The translations under genes and the position numbers were made by a program. From a virus: a stretch of DNA of 64,000 nucleotides. Under the pieces are notes generated by a model that saw nothing but the letters and a program-made list of their open reading frames with translations, searched no databases and was not told the DNA's origin. This document shows, piece by piece, positions 7,637 to 18,803 of the stretch. Numbering within the stretch: position 1 is the stretch's first letter; each line of letters begins with the position of its first letter. The stretch is taken from the IMG/VR virus record IMGVR_UViG_3300028584_000094, positions 1-64,000 of that record; one strand, given 5' to 3'.

Positions 7637-10600
7637 TTTACGTCTTCGTTTGCAAATCCAACCAACTCGATGATCCCTTGTATTGGAACCCCCGACACCA
7701 TGAACGCTCCTTCACCGATATTAGCGGCAATCTTTCTAAGTTCACCAACCGCTCCATCACCTTTCTGTTCGGCAGACGCGGATATTAAACCGATCGCGTC
7801 AAGCATTCCCATTGTTGCTTTCTCGGCTGAGACCACGATGTTCTTGCCGTATCCCGCAACGTCGTAGATTGGCGACGATGGTTTATAACCACTGTGTGCC
7901 CAGTCGATAATCATGTGCAATCCAACAACTGTTCCCAATGCTTCCGCAATGTATCGACGATGATCTCCAAGGATCTCGCCAAACTCTTTCGCATTGTCAT
8001 GACCTGCTTCACGTTTTAACATCTGTTTTAATTCGTCCGCGAGACCAAGCATCAAAGACACACCAATGGTTGACATCAACATCGCGGCAGTTGCTCTCGC
8101 AATTTTCTTCGAGTCTTTCGATTCGATCGCTTCTTTCAACTTCTTACCGTTTCGCATAATCTGAGCATACGTAGCAGATCGAGCACTGAAGAACATGGTG
8201 AACGGTTTTACGAACCCATGTTGCATTGCAAACGAGCGATCCTTAACATCGGATGTAGGCTGTGTCTGTCTCGTGATCCGTTCTGTCTTTTCAACAACGT
8301 AATCCCAGAACTCTTTCGACCCTTCCGTGAATTTCTTCGACGCTTCTCGTTTTGACGCTTCCCACACAGCCGTGATCGTAGCTGTGTCAGTCTGGGTGAT
8401 GAATGACATTGCAGACTCGATGAATGGCGTCTTTTGTCCACGCATAGCAAGTTCATTCACCGCCACGTCAATGTTCCCACGGAAACGAGACGCGAGGGTG
8501 TCACTATGTTGAGACACTTCATCGATCTTAGCCTGTAGACTTTTCGGGATATTTCCCCGAACGCCGTTGACAAGTATTCCCGGGAATTGTTTTGTCACCG
8601 ATGCAAACATTTTGAAGAACTCAATACCCATGTCCTCAAACTCTGGGGCAACAAGTGGGAGTGCCGCTAACTGTTTCATAGCTGTGAACACACGGTAACC
8701 AAGAACACTTGTCGCGAACTTGCCGTACATCTTGTTGAAACTGCGTTCCAATTTCGTGACCTTGTTTTCACCGGCTACCGATTTCTTCATCATGTTGAGA
8801 TTTTCATACAACGCCATGTTCCCATCTTTTGATGCGACCTCTTTGATTTTTATGAGAACCTGTTCAGCGTTCATATTAGCTTCGGCGAATCCCGCGTAAT
8901 GGGCAACCTTACGAGAGTGTCTCAACATCAGATCAAACGAATCCTCAAGGAGAATCGCTCGCTTGTTGTCTGTTCTCTCTTTTGTCATCCCCGGAGTGCC
9001 GTGGCGGTTTATCAACGCGTTTTGGAAATCGTTTAATCCAACCTGTTCATCGTAAATATCCCAAAGTGCAACATCGTTCGCAACGAGTGTATACGGAACG
9101 TAATTCTTTTCTTGTTTTAGTTCCTCGTCGTTGACAGTTTTAAATGTCTTCGATGTTTCATCCCACAACGCGCCATTGAACAATTTCAACATCTCATCGC
9201 GAATGGTCTTTTCGTCCGGTGTCAAACTCGCTTCGAGAATATCAAGTTGTGCGTCTGTCATTTTCACCGGCTGGACTTCTGGATCCAACGTGAAACCATC
9301 GCCCGTTAGTTTGTCCCTCGAGTGTTGATTCTTCGCATACGCTGACAGTGCCGCACGTTCAGATGGAACGAGTGATAACTTGGTAACTGTCCCATCTTGG
9401 TTCGTTACCTCTGTCGCGAACCGTGGCGCAATTCTGTTTTTCTTTTTGAACGCACGATCGAGTTGCCCAATTGTTTCAGACACTGGACCAGACAATTTAC
9501 TCGCGATCCCTTCGATATGTTTCATCGACTCATTCATGATTCTGTGTTCTGTGTCTTGACCTTTGCGGTAACCTTCCACGAACACGTCATAGATCAGATC
9601 GCCTTTCTTGAATCCATACCATTCAAGCATTGCTTCCGCGTTCATCGCCATAGCGGTTAAGAAATCACCCACTGCTTTCTTAACTGTTCCAAACGCGGTC
9701 TTGTTGAGTTTACCAGTGGCAACACCGTCGATGATTTCTTCCTTGAACGAACTCACGCGTGTTCTTTCTCGCCAGTTTTTTTCTACTTCGTTTTTTATTG
9801 ATCGTCCAGACAATTCACCGCGAAGAAATTTACCATCGTCACTCTTTTCTTTTTTCTCTGGTTTCACTGTCGTGGTGTCGTCATCCATCGAAACAAGTTT
9901 GAACTGTTTGTCGATCGGTTTCGGGTCAAACCCAGATTTAAACATCGCCGAAAATACTCGATCGGCAAGATGTGTCCGTTCAGCAGTGTCATTATACGTG
10001 ACACCTTTGAACTTGGCGATTAGTTTGTAGATCGCGTTCTTGATCTTGTTGTAAACACGTACAACCAATGAGTTCGCGTTTGCTCCTTTAAAATTACGGT
10101 TGATACTTCCATCGGTGTTGAATATCGGGGATTTCTCGATCAAGTGGGAAACCCACTCGTTGAACATTCTGTCCGCAGAAATATCACCATATTCTTTTCT
10201 GATCTGCTTGATCAATTTGTTATCGGTTTTCAAATCCTGCTCAAACATCGTTAAAAGATCCGCACCAATTGAAGGATACAAATCCATCAGTGTCGGTAGG
10301 AAAGCATGTCCGAGTTCGTGAGCGAGTGTAACGAGTGCTTCTGCATCATTGAGACGACTATTCAGACCGATCTCATAGGTCTTTGATGTGTCATCGAATG
10401 ATGTGTACCCATGAACGGATCCACCAAAATCACCAACATTCAAACGCACCGCGTTTCCAGTGAAGTTCAGAATAGACGCAATCGCTTTTTTCGGAACATT
10501 ACCAAGAACTGAACCACTCGATACTATCGGGGTGTCAATCTTGAACTGAATTATCGTGTAACCATTTTTCGCTCGGTTGAACCTATACTCAAGTTCCTTG

Positions 10601-13600
10601 GCTGGGTTCTTATCTGGACCAAACTTTGCGTCGAGATATGTAGCAACCGCGTTGAATTTATTACCACGTGATCTATCGAGAAGTTCCTGTATCCCATCCT
10701 TACTCATGAATCGTTTTGGAAGTTCAACAACACCAGTTTCGTCGAGGTTGTTTTTCACGTTTGACACAAAAGGCATGAGTGCTTTTTCAGAACCAACGAA
10801 AAGTTCTCCCGGTAACGCATCACCAACTTTAAACTTATTCGCTTTTATCAATTGAATTATTTCGGTCGGTACATGTTTAACAGGTGATAGTTCAGTGTCG
10901 TTGTCAAATGACGCATCGTCAATATCCTGTTCGAGTTCCATCGCAATGGCATCAATGTCTTCCGGCGCACCCGTTGAGCGTGATTCATCACCCGTGTCTA
11001 TGGTATCATCGCTGTCAACAACGTCAACTTCTCCGAACGTGGTTTCGATGTTGTCGTTTCTAAGTGACGCTTCGTTCATTAACTGTTCACCGGCGTTACC
11101 ACCATCGTCGGACCGGTAATCGAACGAATCGGTTTTTGTCATAACATCGTTAAGTCTGCTCATCTGCCATAGAGTCGTGTTTCGTAACTTATACCCTTTA
11201 TCGGTCAATTCCATGTACGACGTTGGTGATGGTACTTTCGTCGAGATTTTCTTTTCTCCTTGTGGGAGAGACTTGTTGTACTCTTTCGTGTCTTCAACAA
11301 ATTCAGTATTAAACGCTTCGAGTTCAGCTTCTGACATTGTAAAGTTAGCACCTGCCGAACTTGACGACGATGCTTCTTGTAAAAGTTTTCCCTTGTAGCT
11401 TTTCGGGTCAATACCAGTATCTCGAACGCCTTTAAAGGCGTTGACACCTTTCGACACTTCAGCGGGGATTACAACGTCGTTTGCCCCTGTTGATGTTATC
11501 GAATCGATGATTTTCTGCATTGAGCCAATATGGGTTCTCATGATGTCAGAATACCCGTTCTCCTCGACCATGTCTATTTTGGCGAGGAGATATGACACAA
11601 GTGCGTCAACGGTTTCTTTTCCTGTTTCAACCGTTTCAACGGACAGTGAGTCGATAATGGCATCCATGTTCACGGCGACATTGTGAACACCTGCTCCTAT
11701 CTTATTTTTGAGTGCATGTTCGGAAACTGTTGATTTCAGAGATTCCCACTCATCGTCGATAGGAAGAGAACCACTTGATGCGAGTTTCCGCATTCGAAAT
11801 TTTGCGGCAACTCTGCGAGCTAACTCATTACTCGCTTCTCGTTTTGCTCGTTCTTCCGCAGTCTCCGTTTCAACAGGTGGTAGATCTGTTTGTGATTTAG
11901 TTTCATCATTGACCTGCCTACCGTCAGATTGTTGTTCTTGGGTGTCGGTGGGTGGTTTCTTCTTTGGCGTGGTTGCAGTAGAGACCACTTGGTTTTCATC
12001 ACCTGTGTTGCTTTGAGATCGTCTCAGTTCTCGATAGTCAACGCCAGCATCAACCGTGACAGGGATCGTTACCCCAAAAGAGTCAAACAGGTCGGCAAGT
12101 TCCGTTATTTTTTCTCCATGACCGGTTCTACTTGTTTGTGGAGCATCATCTTTGATCTCGTTAATGAACATTACATGATGTAGAAGTTCGTGTGAGATCG
12201 CCGGGATAACCCCGTGGACCGTTGGAAACATATCTGGGTGAACGGAAATAAAAGATGGTGCTCCTATTTTACTCAAATACATCGCACCCCCATACCTCAA
12301 AACGGTTTCTCCTTCGGTGAGTCCTATTCCTACCTCCCCGACATCTGGTTCAACATCTGGAAACATCTTATCGAATGAAAACGATCCAGCCACTTTAGCT
12401 TTTATCGGTTTCAACCCTATTTGATACAACACGTAGTTCATCACCGAGACGATGTAGTTCGTCGCAAGTTCGAAGTTTTTGTAATCTATTTCTGAGTCTT
12501 CTGGGAGATCCGGTATCAATAGTAGTAAGCGTTCTATTTCTCTCACATAATCAGTGTCTATTTCCAACGGGTCAATATCGACCATTGCCCCTTCTATCGT
12601 GGCGTTGATCGTTTCTTCCATATCCAGCAACGTCGATTCGGTGAACTCTATTTGGGTGGGAGTTGTGTTTGCAACATCATAGCGTGTTCCAGTTTCTTCT
12701 TCGTTTCCGGGTTTTTTGTTTTCTTTCGCAGGACCGTCATTAGTGCCAGTTTTTCTTCGGTGTTCATTTGTTTGATTGGTTTCATTTTTAGTCTCTTCTT
12801 TTTTGGTTTTATGTTGACCGTTTTTGTCGATCGTTTCTGTTTTTACAGGTTCGACTTTAGTATCAGTTTTCGCAACTGGTTCTTTTACCGTTTTTGTTTT
12901 CACCTGCTCTTCGTTGAGTTTGTCGAACGCGGTAAGATCAATCTCTGGGATACCCATTTTTTTACGAACGAGATTTTCCCGGGAAAATTTAAGATCGCGA
13001 AGTTTTGCTTTCGCGGAATCATCCTGTGTCAGTTTCGACACGTTCGCGATGTCCTTATCAGCTTTTGCAATCATCTCATCGACATTTCCCGTTGGAACAT
13101 CGGTGATGACACCTTCCGTTTTGATCGCCGGATCGGTTGCTTTTTTGTATGACCGTTTGAACCCCATCTCTTTCAGATACATATCAACCAATCTGCGAGT
13201 ATCAGTTTTTGATGCTGATCGATCCTGCATCCGCTGAAGACCTTCATTCGCTTTTTTGATCACTTCACTATCTTCGGAAATTTTCTGATCGAAGAATTTA
13301 ATCTTATCCTGGTCCTCGGATTTAGATTTCATGTCTTTGTTGTCGATGATGCGTTGTTTCGCTTCATCGATGTTCTTATTCAACTGTGATTGAACTTTTC
13401 CCTTGCGACCTTCATACGTGTCGAGGTTATCCTTGCGCGTCTGGAGTTCAAGAGTGCGAGCTTCTTTCGCTTCTGCGTCTGTCAGTCGCGACATTTGACG
13501 TTTAGCGCGTTGATACGTGATCGCGTTCTTTTTAGCAACGAGAGAATCAATGTGTTCTTCCATTGCTAGTTTAGAATCATCATTCATCAGTTCTAACGAT

Positions 13601-16362
13601 TCAGCCTGTTCAATTTCAGCGTCGAGACCAATTTCAATCTGATTTAGTTTTGACTCCGGGAAACCATCATACGCATTTATCGTGGTTCTGTTTCCGTTCT
13701 TAAAAACAGGTTTAGGATTCCCACGGAGAGTTGCGAGTTCGTCATATCGAGTTTGTACTTTATTCAACTGACCATTGCGAATTAGTTCTGGAATTTCCTG
13801 CTCAATCGTGGCTATTCGTTCCTTCGCCTTATTCATCGATTCTACTTGTTTCTTCTCGTCTTCCGTAAGAGTGAACCCGATGTTGTACTGATCGGCTATT
13901 TCGAGCTTCAGATCATCGTCAAGACGCAACACAGGTTGTTCATCATTGTCAACTACGAACGCAGGTTCAACACCAAGATCTTTCAATGCTTTTGAAAGCG
14001 TTTTAATCGTCGTGTCTATTTGTGCCGAGTCAAACTTATCACCCTGTTTTTTGTTCTCCTCTTTCATCGTGCGGAGTGCTTGTAAATCATTGTCCAAAGT
14101 GATCGCAGTGTTCACCACTGACGATTCATTAATTTTATTGGCAACAGCGAACGCAGACGCTTTTTCCATCACCGAAACTTTTCGTTCTGCGATAAGTTCA
14201 TTACCAACAAACCGAGATAGTTGGTCGACGTACTTCTGTTTCTTATCGACATTTGTTCTGAGATCCTCGAACGTGATGTCGTCAACACCGGCAGTCTTCA
14301 TCGCGTTGATCGCTTTTACAGCTGTATCAACTTCGGTACGAGCACGGGTAAGATTGTCATTACGGTTAAAGGAGGAATCTAAGCCACGTTCCTGCCCCCA
14401 CTTTAAGAATGACTTCTCTTCTGGTGTAACTTCATCTTCGAGGATACCCATGACATCCTCACCACGTTTCATCGCGGGATTTACAACACCTGCTCGATAC
14501 GCGATGTCTTCAAACTTAGCTCGCATTGCTGAAGCTGTTGGTACTTCATCACCGAAAAGATTTGGGAACTCTGTTTTTGCTCCAAGAGCGATAGCGTCAT
14601 TCTGCATTGCCGTCGTTGATTCTGGTGTAGGTGTTTTTCCGCGCTCTTCGCCCGGTGTAGTTGGTGATTTCCCACGGGAAAGACCATGGACAACACCGAA
14701 ACCACCACCAACGATACCACCAAGAGTACCACCGATAAGCATTTCCTGTGCTACTTCTTCCGCAGTTTTCGTGTAATGTTTTTGTTCTGGATCGTAATGA
14801 GTTGACATCAAATGCGACACGAGAGGGATTGTTGCTTCTTCCGCAAATTCTCCAGTTGCCGATGCAACGCCGGAACGAACCATTTGGTTTCTGAAGGCTT
14901 TCCCCATAACTTTATCGATCATCTGACCACCAGACATTTCATCGGCGAGCAAAAGAGACATTGCACCAGAGACTAATCCAACAACCCCCGCTTGTTTCTG
15001 AGCTTGGTCATGGGTGAAACCATTTTTGATGGCTTCGTCGTAGGCACTCGAACCTTCCATGGCTCCAGATGTCACTCCGACCATTCCCATCTGAGACGCT
15101 TTCGTCCCAAGTGCAATAAGACGTGCAGTTGTTTCAGCTGACATTGCATACGCTTTCGCAGATCCTTGGATACCACGTGTGATCAATGGATTTACAACAC
15201 CTCCGGTAACCGCCGAAGCCCCGAACATTGCGGCTAATTGTGGAACCTGTTCGATCACCATTTGTCCGAGAAGTGAAGCATTGTCGAGACTCGTTGGTAA
15301 TAGTGCGAGAACCCCATCATCCTGCAATTTTTTGGATAAATTGTCGTCTATGGCTATTTCTTCTTGCGCTCTTCCGAGTCGTTGCGAAAGATTATACGCA
15401 GGAGTACTTAAAACTCCCCCGGGATTATCGATAGCACGTACAAGATCGGGAGCCATTTTCGCAACACCCATAACACCACGTTCGAGTGCTCTGACAGCAC
15501 CCGTTCCAAATGATTTGTCTCGTTGGTTGATGTCACGTTTCGATGGAGTGGCAATATCAAGATTCGACGATTCCATTTCACCGGTGTTACCACCAAGTGA
15601 CGCGTATTTTTCACGTGTTTTATTAACATGTTTTTTTATCTCATCTGCTTTTTTCTGTGCGATCTCAGCATCGGTTCCTTTAACACCTTCACCACGCAAA
15701 TTTGCGATTAGATTTTTATTCATTGATACTGCTTCGGTAAGATAGTTTTCCCAACTACCCCCCGATTTCTTCGCCCGTTCGATCGCTTTGTCAATAACGT
15801 AATCACCTGCGTTATAAGATGCCGCCGCTTTTGCACGGTCACCACCATATTTCGAATCAGCGTGTTTTGCCCACCGCTCGTAAGCAATGCGAGCAGATTC
15901 TGGATTGAGAATGACTTGGTCGATCTTTTCCTTTTCCATGGCTTGACCGCCGGGATACCACTGTTTGATGAAATCACGTTCCATTTGGTATTGACCTTTA
16001 ACACCCGTTGGTGAAACCGCTGAGTTGTCACCGCCGGATTCAACACCCACTATCGTTTTTCTGAAATTAACATCACGGAATAATGGAACTGGTTTCATTT
16101 CACTTGGAGCAGGTTTCGCGATTTCTTGTGTTGGGTCTACGGGAGAAATAGCAGTTGGTCGTTTCATACGCTGTTCGAACGATTCTTGTTCTTCATCAAC
16201 GGGGGCGACCGCTTTTGGTTTTGATGCGACACTTTTTTGAGAAGCAGAAGAAGCCGGTTTTTTGCCGACTTCTTGGGTGTTACCCGCTCCTTTTATCTGT
16301 TCAGTGAACAAGTTTTTTAAATCCTGTTTTTTCTGTTCTTCTTTTGGAAGCGGGTAGATCAT
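7624..16362 (-). CDS. giant virion internal/ejection polyvalent protein (N-terminal lytic transglycosylase, two HExxH zincin motifs, hydrophobic segments)
   Basis: Uninterrupted 2912 codons. SLT-like VGVESGGDNSAVSPTGVKGQYQM...AASYNAGDY (about 15770-16050). HELLHH at 12175-12192 and AHELGHAF (HELGH at 10306-10320). Gly/Ala-rich hydrophobic stretches and a long coiled-coil-like K/E-rich centre. It is the last gene of the virion operon. Confidence 0.8.
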   Translation of the reverse strand: MIYPLPKEEQKKQDLKNLFTEQIKGAGNTQEVGKKPASSASQKSVASKPKAVAPVDEEQESFEQRMKRPTAISPVDPTQEIAKPAPSEMKPVPLFRDVNFRKTIVGVESGGDNSAVSPTGVKGQYQMERDFIKQWYPGGQAMEKEKIDQVILNPESARIAYERWAKHADSKYGGDRAKAAASYNAGDYVIDKAIERAKKSGGSWENYLTEAVSMNKNLIANLRGEGVKGTDAEIAQKKADEIKKHVNKTREKYASLGGNTGEMESSNLDIATPSKRDINQRDKSFGTGAVRALERGVMGVAKMAPDLVRAIDNPGGVLSTPAYNLSQRLGRAQEEIAIDDNLSKKLQDDGVLALLPTSLDNASLLGQMVIEQVPQLAAMFGASAVTGGVVNPLITRGIQGSAKAYAMSAETTARLIALGTKASQMGMVGVTSGAMEGSSAYDEAIKNGFTHDQAQKQAGVVGLVSGAMSLLLADEMSGGQMIDKVMGKAFRNQMVRSGVASATGEFAEEATIPLVSHLMSTHYDPEQKHYTKTAEEVAQEMLIGGTLGGIVGGGFGVVHGLSRGKSPTTPGEERGKTPTPESTTAMQNDAIALGAKTEFPNLFGDEVPTASAMRAKFEDIAYRAGVVNPAMKRGEDVMGILEDEVTPEEKSFLKWGQERGLDSSFNRNDNLTRARTEVDTAVKAINAMKTAGVDDITFEDLRTNVDKKQKYVDQLSRFVGNELIAERKVSVMEKASAFAVANKINESSVVNTAITLDNDLQALRTMKEENKKQGDKFDSAQIDTTIKTLSKALKDLGVEPAFVVDNDEQPVLRLDDDLKLEIADQYNIGFTLTEDEKKQVESMNKAKERIATIEQEIPELIRNGQLNKVQTRYDELATLRGNPKPVFKNGNRTTINAYDGFPESKLNQIEIGLDAEIEQAESLELMNDDSKLAMEEHIDSLVAKKNAITYQRAKRQMSRLTDAEAKEARTLELQTRKDNLDTYEGRKGKVQSQLNKNIDEAKQRIIDNKDMKSKSEDQDKIKFFDQKISEDSEVIKKANEGLQRMQDRSASKTDTRRLVDMYLKEMGFKRSYKKATDPAIKTEGVITDVPTGNVDEMIAKADKDIANVSKLTQDDSAKAKLRDLKFSRENLVRKKMGIPEIDLTAFDKLNEEQVKTKTVKEPVAKTDTKVEPVKTETIDKNGQHKTKKEETKNETNQTNEHRRKTGTNDGPAKENKKPGNEEETGTRYDVANTTPTQIEFTESTLLDMEETINATIEGAMVDIDPLEIDTDYVREIERLLLLIPDLPEDSEIDYKNFELATNYIVSVMNYVLYQIGLKPIKAKVAGSFSFDKMFPDVEPDVGEVGIGLTEGETVLRYGGAMYLSKIGAPSFISVHPDMFPTVHGVIPAISHELLHHVMFINEIKDDAPQTSRTGHGEKITELADLFDSFGVTIPVTVDAGVDYRELRRSQSNTGDENQVVSTATTPKKKPPTDTQEQQSDGRQVNDETKSQTDLPPVETETAEERAKREASNELARRVAAKFRMRKLASSGSLPIDDEWESLKSTVSEHALKNKIGAGVHNVAVNMDAIIDSLSVETVETGKETVDALVSYLLAKIDMVEENGYSDIMRTHIGSMQKIIDSITSTGANDVVIPAEVSKGVNAFKGVRDTGIDPKSYKGKLLQEASSSSSAGANFTMSEAELEAFNTEFVEDTKEYNKSLPQGEKKISTKVPSPTSYMELTDKGYKLRNTTLWQMSRLNDVMTKTDSFDYRSDDGGNAGEQLMNEASLRNDNIETTFGEVDVVDSDDTIDTGDESRSTGAPEDIDAIAMELEQDIDDASFDNDTELSPVKHVPTEIIQLIKANKFKVGDALPGELFVGSEKALMPFVSNVKNNLDETGVVELPKRFMSKDGIQELLDRSRGNKFNAVATYLDAKFGPDKNPAKELEYRFNRAKNGYTIIQFKIDTPIVSSGSVLGNVPKKAIASILNFTGNAVRLNVGDFGGSVHGYTSFDDTSKTYEIGLNSRLNDAEALVTLAHELGHAFLPTLMDLYPSIGADLLTMFEQDLKTDNKLIKQIRKEYGDISADRMFNEWVSHLIEKSPIFNTDGSINRNFKGANANSLVVRVYNKIKNAIYKLIAKFKGVTYNDTAERTHLADRVFSAMFKSGFDPKPIDKQFKLVSMDDDTTTVKPEKKEKSDDGKFLRGELSGRSIKNEVEKNWRERTRVSSFKEEIIDGVATGKLNKTAFGTVKKAVGDFLTAMAMNAEAMLEWYGFKKGDLIYDVFVEGYRKGQDTEHRIMNESMKHIEGIASKLSGPVSETIGQLDRAFKKKNRIAPRFATEVTNQDGTVTKLSLVPSERAALSAYAKNQHSRDKLTGDGFTLDPEVQPVKMTDAQLDILEASLTPDEKTIRDEMLKLFNGALWDETSKTFKTVNDEELKQEKNYVPYTLVANDVALWDIYDEQVGLNDFQNALINRHGTPGMTKERTDNKRAILLEDSFDLMLRHSRKVAHYAGFAEANMNAEQVLIKIKEVASKDGNMALYENLNMMKKSVAGENKVTKLERSFNKMYGKFATSVLGYRVFTAMKQLAALPLVAPEFEDMGIEFFKMFASVTKQFPGILVNGVRGNIPKSLQAKIDEVSQHSDTLASRFRGNIDVAVNELAMRGQKTPFIESAMSFITQTDTATITAVWEASKREASKKFTEGSKEFWDYVVEKTERITRQTQPTSDVKDRSFAMQHGFVKPFTMFFSARSATYAQIMRNGKKLKEAIESKDSKKIARATAAMLMSTIGVSLMLGLADELKQMLKREAGHDNAKEFGEILGDHRRYIAEALGTVVGLHMIIDWAHSGYKPSSPIYDVAGYGKNIVVSAEKATMGMLDAIGLISASAEQKGDGAVGELRKIAANIGEGAFMVSGVPIQGIIELVGFANEDVKSVK

Positions 16363-16370
16363 AATTTTCT

Positions 16371-18803
16371 CTATTCGTTATAATTAAATTGTCTCGACGG
16401 CGTTGCTTTATCTGCTCCGGTGTATTGGGACGCATCATACGCAGGTCTATCATTTAACGATTTGAACTTATCAAACGCCCCTGTGTTGTCGAACACCTGT
16501 GGGTATTTGTGTCTAAGTTCGTTACCTGTCGTCGTGTCATAACCCTTCGAAGTCAAATATATGTTATATAGTTTCGTTAAGTCAGTTGACCCGTCCGGTT
16601 TCTTATACAACTGATATTCAGCATTTGAGGCGTTCTCTTTCAAGAACGAATCAAAACCTTCCGCAAGACGACTCGCATCCTGTTTCTCGACATCAGTAGT
16701 CTTTCTACTTTTCTCAAGTTCTTCGGAAGTCATCTGTTTTCCGACATTGTTGAATGCTCTCGACCCCGGAGTATTCGACCCTGCTTCACGCTTGAGGTCG
16801 GCGGGTGCTGACTCTGGTGATTTGAAGGAATACGTCAGAGGAACTCCCTGTGTATTAGTAAGTGGTAAACCGTCTGGACCCATCTTGACCGCGACACCTG
16901 CTTCTCGACCACCCATTGGAGCATACCAAACCATTGTACTACCAGTTTCAGAACCAAGTGCGGACAATGCTCGATCTGGATCTTTCGCGAATGTGGTCTG
17001 CAACGTGTTCTTCATGGTGTCGGAAAGACCAAGAGAAATCTCTCTCTGTTGGCTATCTTCTGCCGCTTCACTCTGACCATAGCTAATCGTTTCATCAGAA
17101 GGCGCAATCCCTCTATTCACCATCGCAACTCGTTCGGTGAAAAGAGATTTCGACATCTGTTGTCTAAGAACACCTTCCATTTTGACCTGTTCCTCAAGCA
17201 GTTTGTTTTCAGCTTGTATCGACGCGACGGTCATCCCTTCTGGAAGAGGTACCTTCTCTTTCCCGGTTGCCGATTTTAATAGGTCGGTATTTCTTGATAT
17301 TTTATCCGTCAATCTTTTGATAGTTGCGTCGCTATCTTCCTGCAAAATGTTGTAGGTCTCTTTGTATTTGTCGCTACCACCACTTCCACCGGAGCCTCCA
17401 TCTGGAGCGTAATTAACAGGGCGATACAGTGCAATGGTTGTCTCAACCGCTGTCTTGAAATCGTCTTTGATGGTGTCCATCACCTGTTTGCGTTCCGTCT
17501 CTGGGATCTGTGATAAATACGGCTCCATCAATGTTTGGACTTGAGAGGGCACACCAGATTTTTCCATGAGAGCGTGTTGTAGTTCATCCGCAACCGTTGT
17601 GTTTAGATACCCACCGACGAACATGCCATCTTGGATCGCATACTTCGTTAGGTATTCTCTAGCAAACGCGGTGGATAGATCAACGGCTACTTCCATAGTC
17701 TTCTGTTTAACTGCGCCAGTGTACTTTTGGCTAACTTCTGCTTGAGTAGCAACGACTCTACGATCACCGTCTATTTTGTCGGTAGTCGCCATTGTGTTCA
17801 TCTCAAGTGGCGACATACCAAGTTCGAAGGTTGGGGTCATGAGGTACACAGAATTTCTACCCTTGATCTCAACGGGCTTAACGGACTGTTTCACCTTTTT
17901 CGTGAACTCGTCAACTTTTTGAGTTGAATAGTATTCCTTTTTCAACTGATCAACACCTTCGAATTTATACTTCTCATGAAATTGACCATCATCATAATTG
18001 ATATTTGCGTCAGATACCAAGTATAAAAACTGAGCATTCTTTTCAATGAGATTTCCGTTTACGTCTTTCAGCACGGGTTCAAACAGTGATTGCATTGCTT
18101 GACCATACTCGTTGAAGAAATCTTCGCCGCTTCGAGCGGATCTTACCTTTTGGCTCGCTTTTTCTTTTCCAAGATCTGGAGCGGACGCATTACTCATGAT
18201 GATCTCATCGCCGGGGATAGCGTCTGGATTAACGGACGTTATCTTATTCGTGTACACAACTTTGCCGTCGGGTGTTCGTTCGAACATACCATCGGCAATA
18301 CCTTTTTCGATTTGTTCGTTTATCACCGTTGGTTTTTTTGCTATTTCCACGGCAACATCGTCAATGCTTCTTCCTCTACGATCGCGCGAATCGAGTTTAG
18401 GCAAATACGATTCCATGTATTTCTGGGCGACCTGTGTTTTTAGATTGTCTTTCCCAGTTTCTGGGTCAACACCAAAATCATTAACATCCTTCCCAACGAG
18501 ACCGTAATGTTTCGCGGCATCGAGGAGTTTTTTGTCACCATCGAGATCATCCCCCCAAATAGTGTGTTTTTTCAAAAACTCGTCGCGGAAACCTTTGTCT
18601 CGGTTGATACGTTCGAAATACTTCTTCGACTCTTCAACGAGTTTCTCGGAAGACCCGTGAGTGTTTTTCGCTTGGCGAACCTGTTGAACATAGTCACCAA
18701 CGAGAGAAACTGCCGCACCTGCTTTTTCAGCCGCGTCAGCGAAGAAATCGTAATCCGGTTTATAGTCTGCTGGGTTATACCCGTAGAATCCACTTCCACT
18801 CAT
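16371..18803 (-). CDS. internal virion protein (hypothetical)
   Basis: 810-aa ORF between the small internal proteins and the giant protein, with a GGSGGSGGS linker. The function is inferred from position only. Confidence 0.6.
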   Translation of the reverse strand: MSGSGFYGYNPADYKPDYDFFADAAEKAGAAVSLVGDYVQQVRQAKNTHGSSEKLVEESKKYFERINRDKGFRDEFLKKHTIWGDDLDGDKKLLDAAKHYGLVGKDVNDFGVDPETGKDNLKTQVAQKYMESYLPKLDSRDRRGRSIDDVAVEIAKKPTVINEQIEKGIADGMFERTPDGKVVYTNKITSVNPDAIPGDEIIMSNASAPDLGKEKASQKVRSARSGEDFFNEYGQAMQSLFEPVLKDVNGNLIEKNAQFLYLVSDANINYDDGQFHEKYKFEGVDQLKKEYYSTQKVDEFTKKVKQSVKPVEIKGRNSVYLMTPTFELGMSPLEMNTMATTDKIDGDRRVVATQAEVSQKYTGAVKQKTMEVAVDLSTAFAREYLTKYAIQDGMFVGGYLNTTVADELQHALMEKSGVPSQVQTLMEPYLSQIPETERKQVMDTIKDDFKTAVETTIALYRPVNYAPDGGSGGSGGSDKYKETYNILQEDSDATIKRLTDKISRNTDLLKSATGKEKVPLPEGMTVASIQAENKLLEEQVKMEGVLRQQMSKSLFTERVAMVNRGIAPSDETISYGQSEAAEDSQQREISLGLSDTMKNTLQTTFAKDPDRALSALGSETGSTMVWYAPMGGREAGVAVKMGPDGLPLTNTQGVPLTYSFKSPESAPADLKREAGSNTPGSRAFNNVGKQMTSEELEKSRKTTDVEKQDASRLAEGFDSFLKENASNAEYQLYKKPDGSTDLTKLYNIYLTSKGYDTTTGNELRHKYPQVFDNTGAFDKFKSLNDRPAYDASQYTGADKATPSRQFNYNE

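Noticed and set aside
7938-16240. Numerous + strand ORFs of 60-276 aa inside the giant - strand gene (for example 13946-14776, 15179-15745, 12652-13237).
   Set aside because: They are antisense shadows of an uninterrupted 2912-codon frame. Their translations are S/F/T/P-rich low complexity, none has a convincing SD, and they tile irregularly.
17092-17098. Other CUGAUGA heptamers (for example the - strand at 17092-17098, and others inside - strand CDSs near 13585, 34550, 42405 and 42655).
   Set aside because: Several chance occurrences are expected in 128 kb of two-strand sequence. None has an adjacent GAAA plus the three helices, and all lie inside coding sequence.
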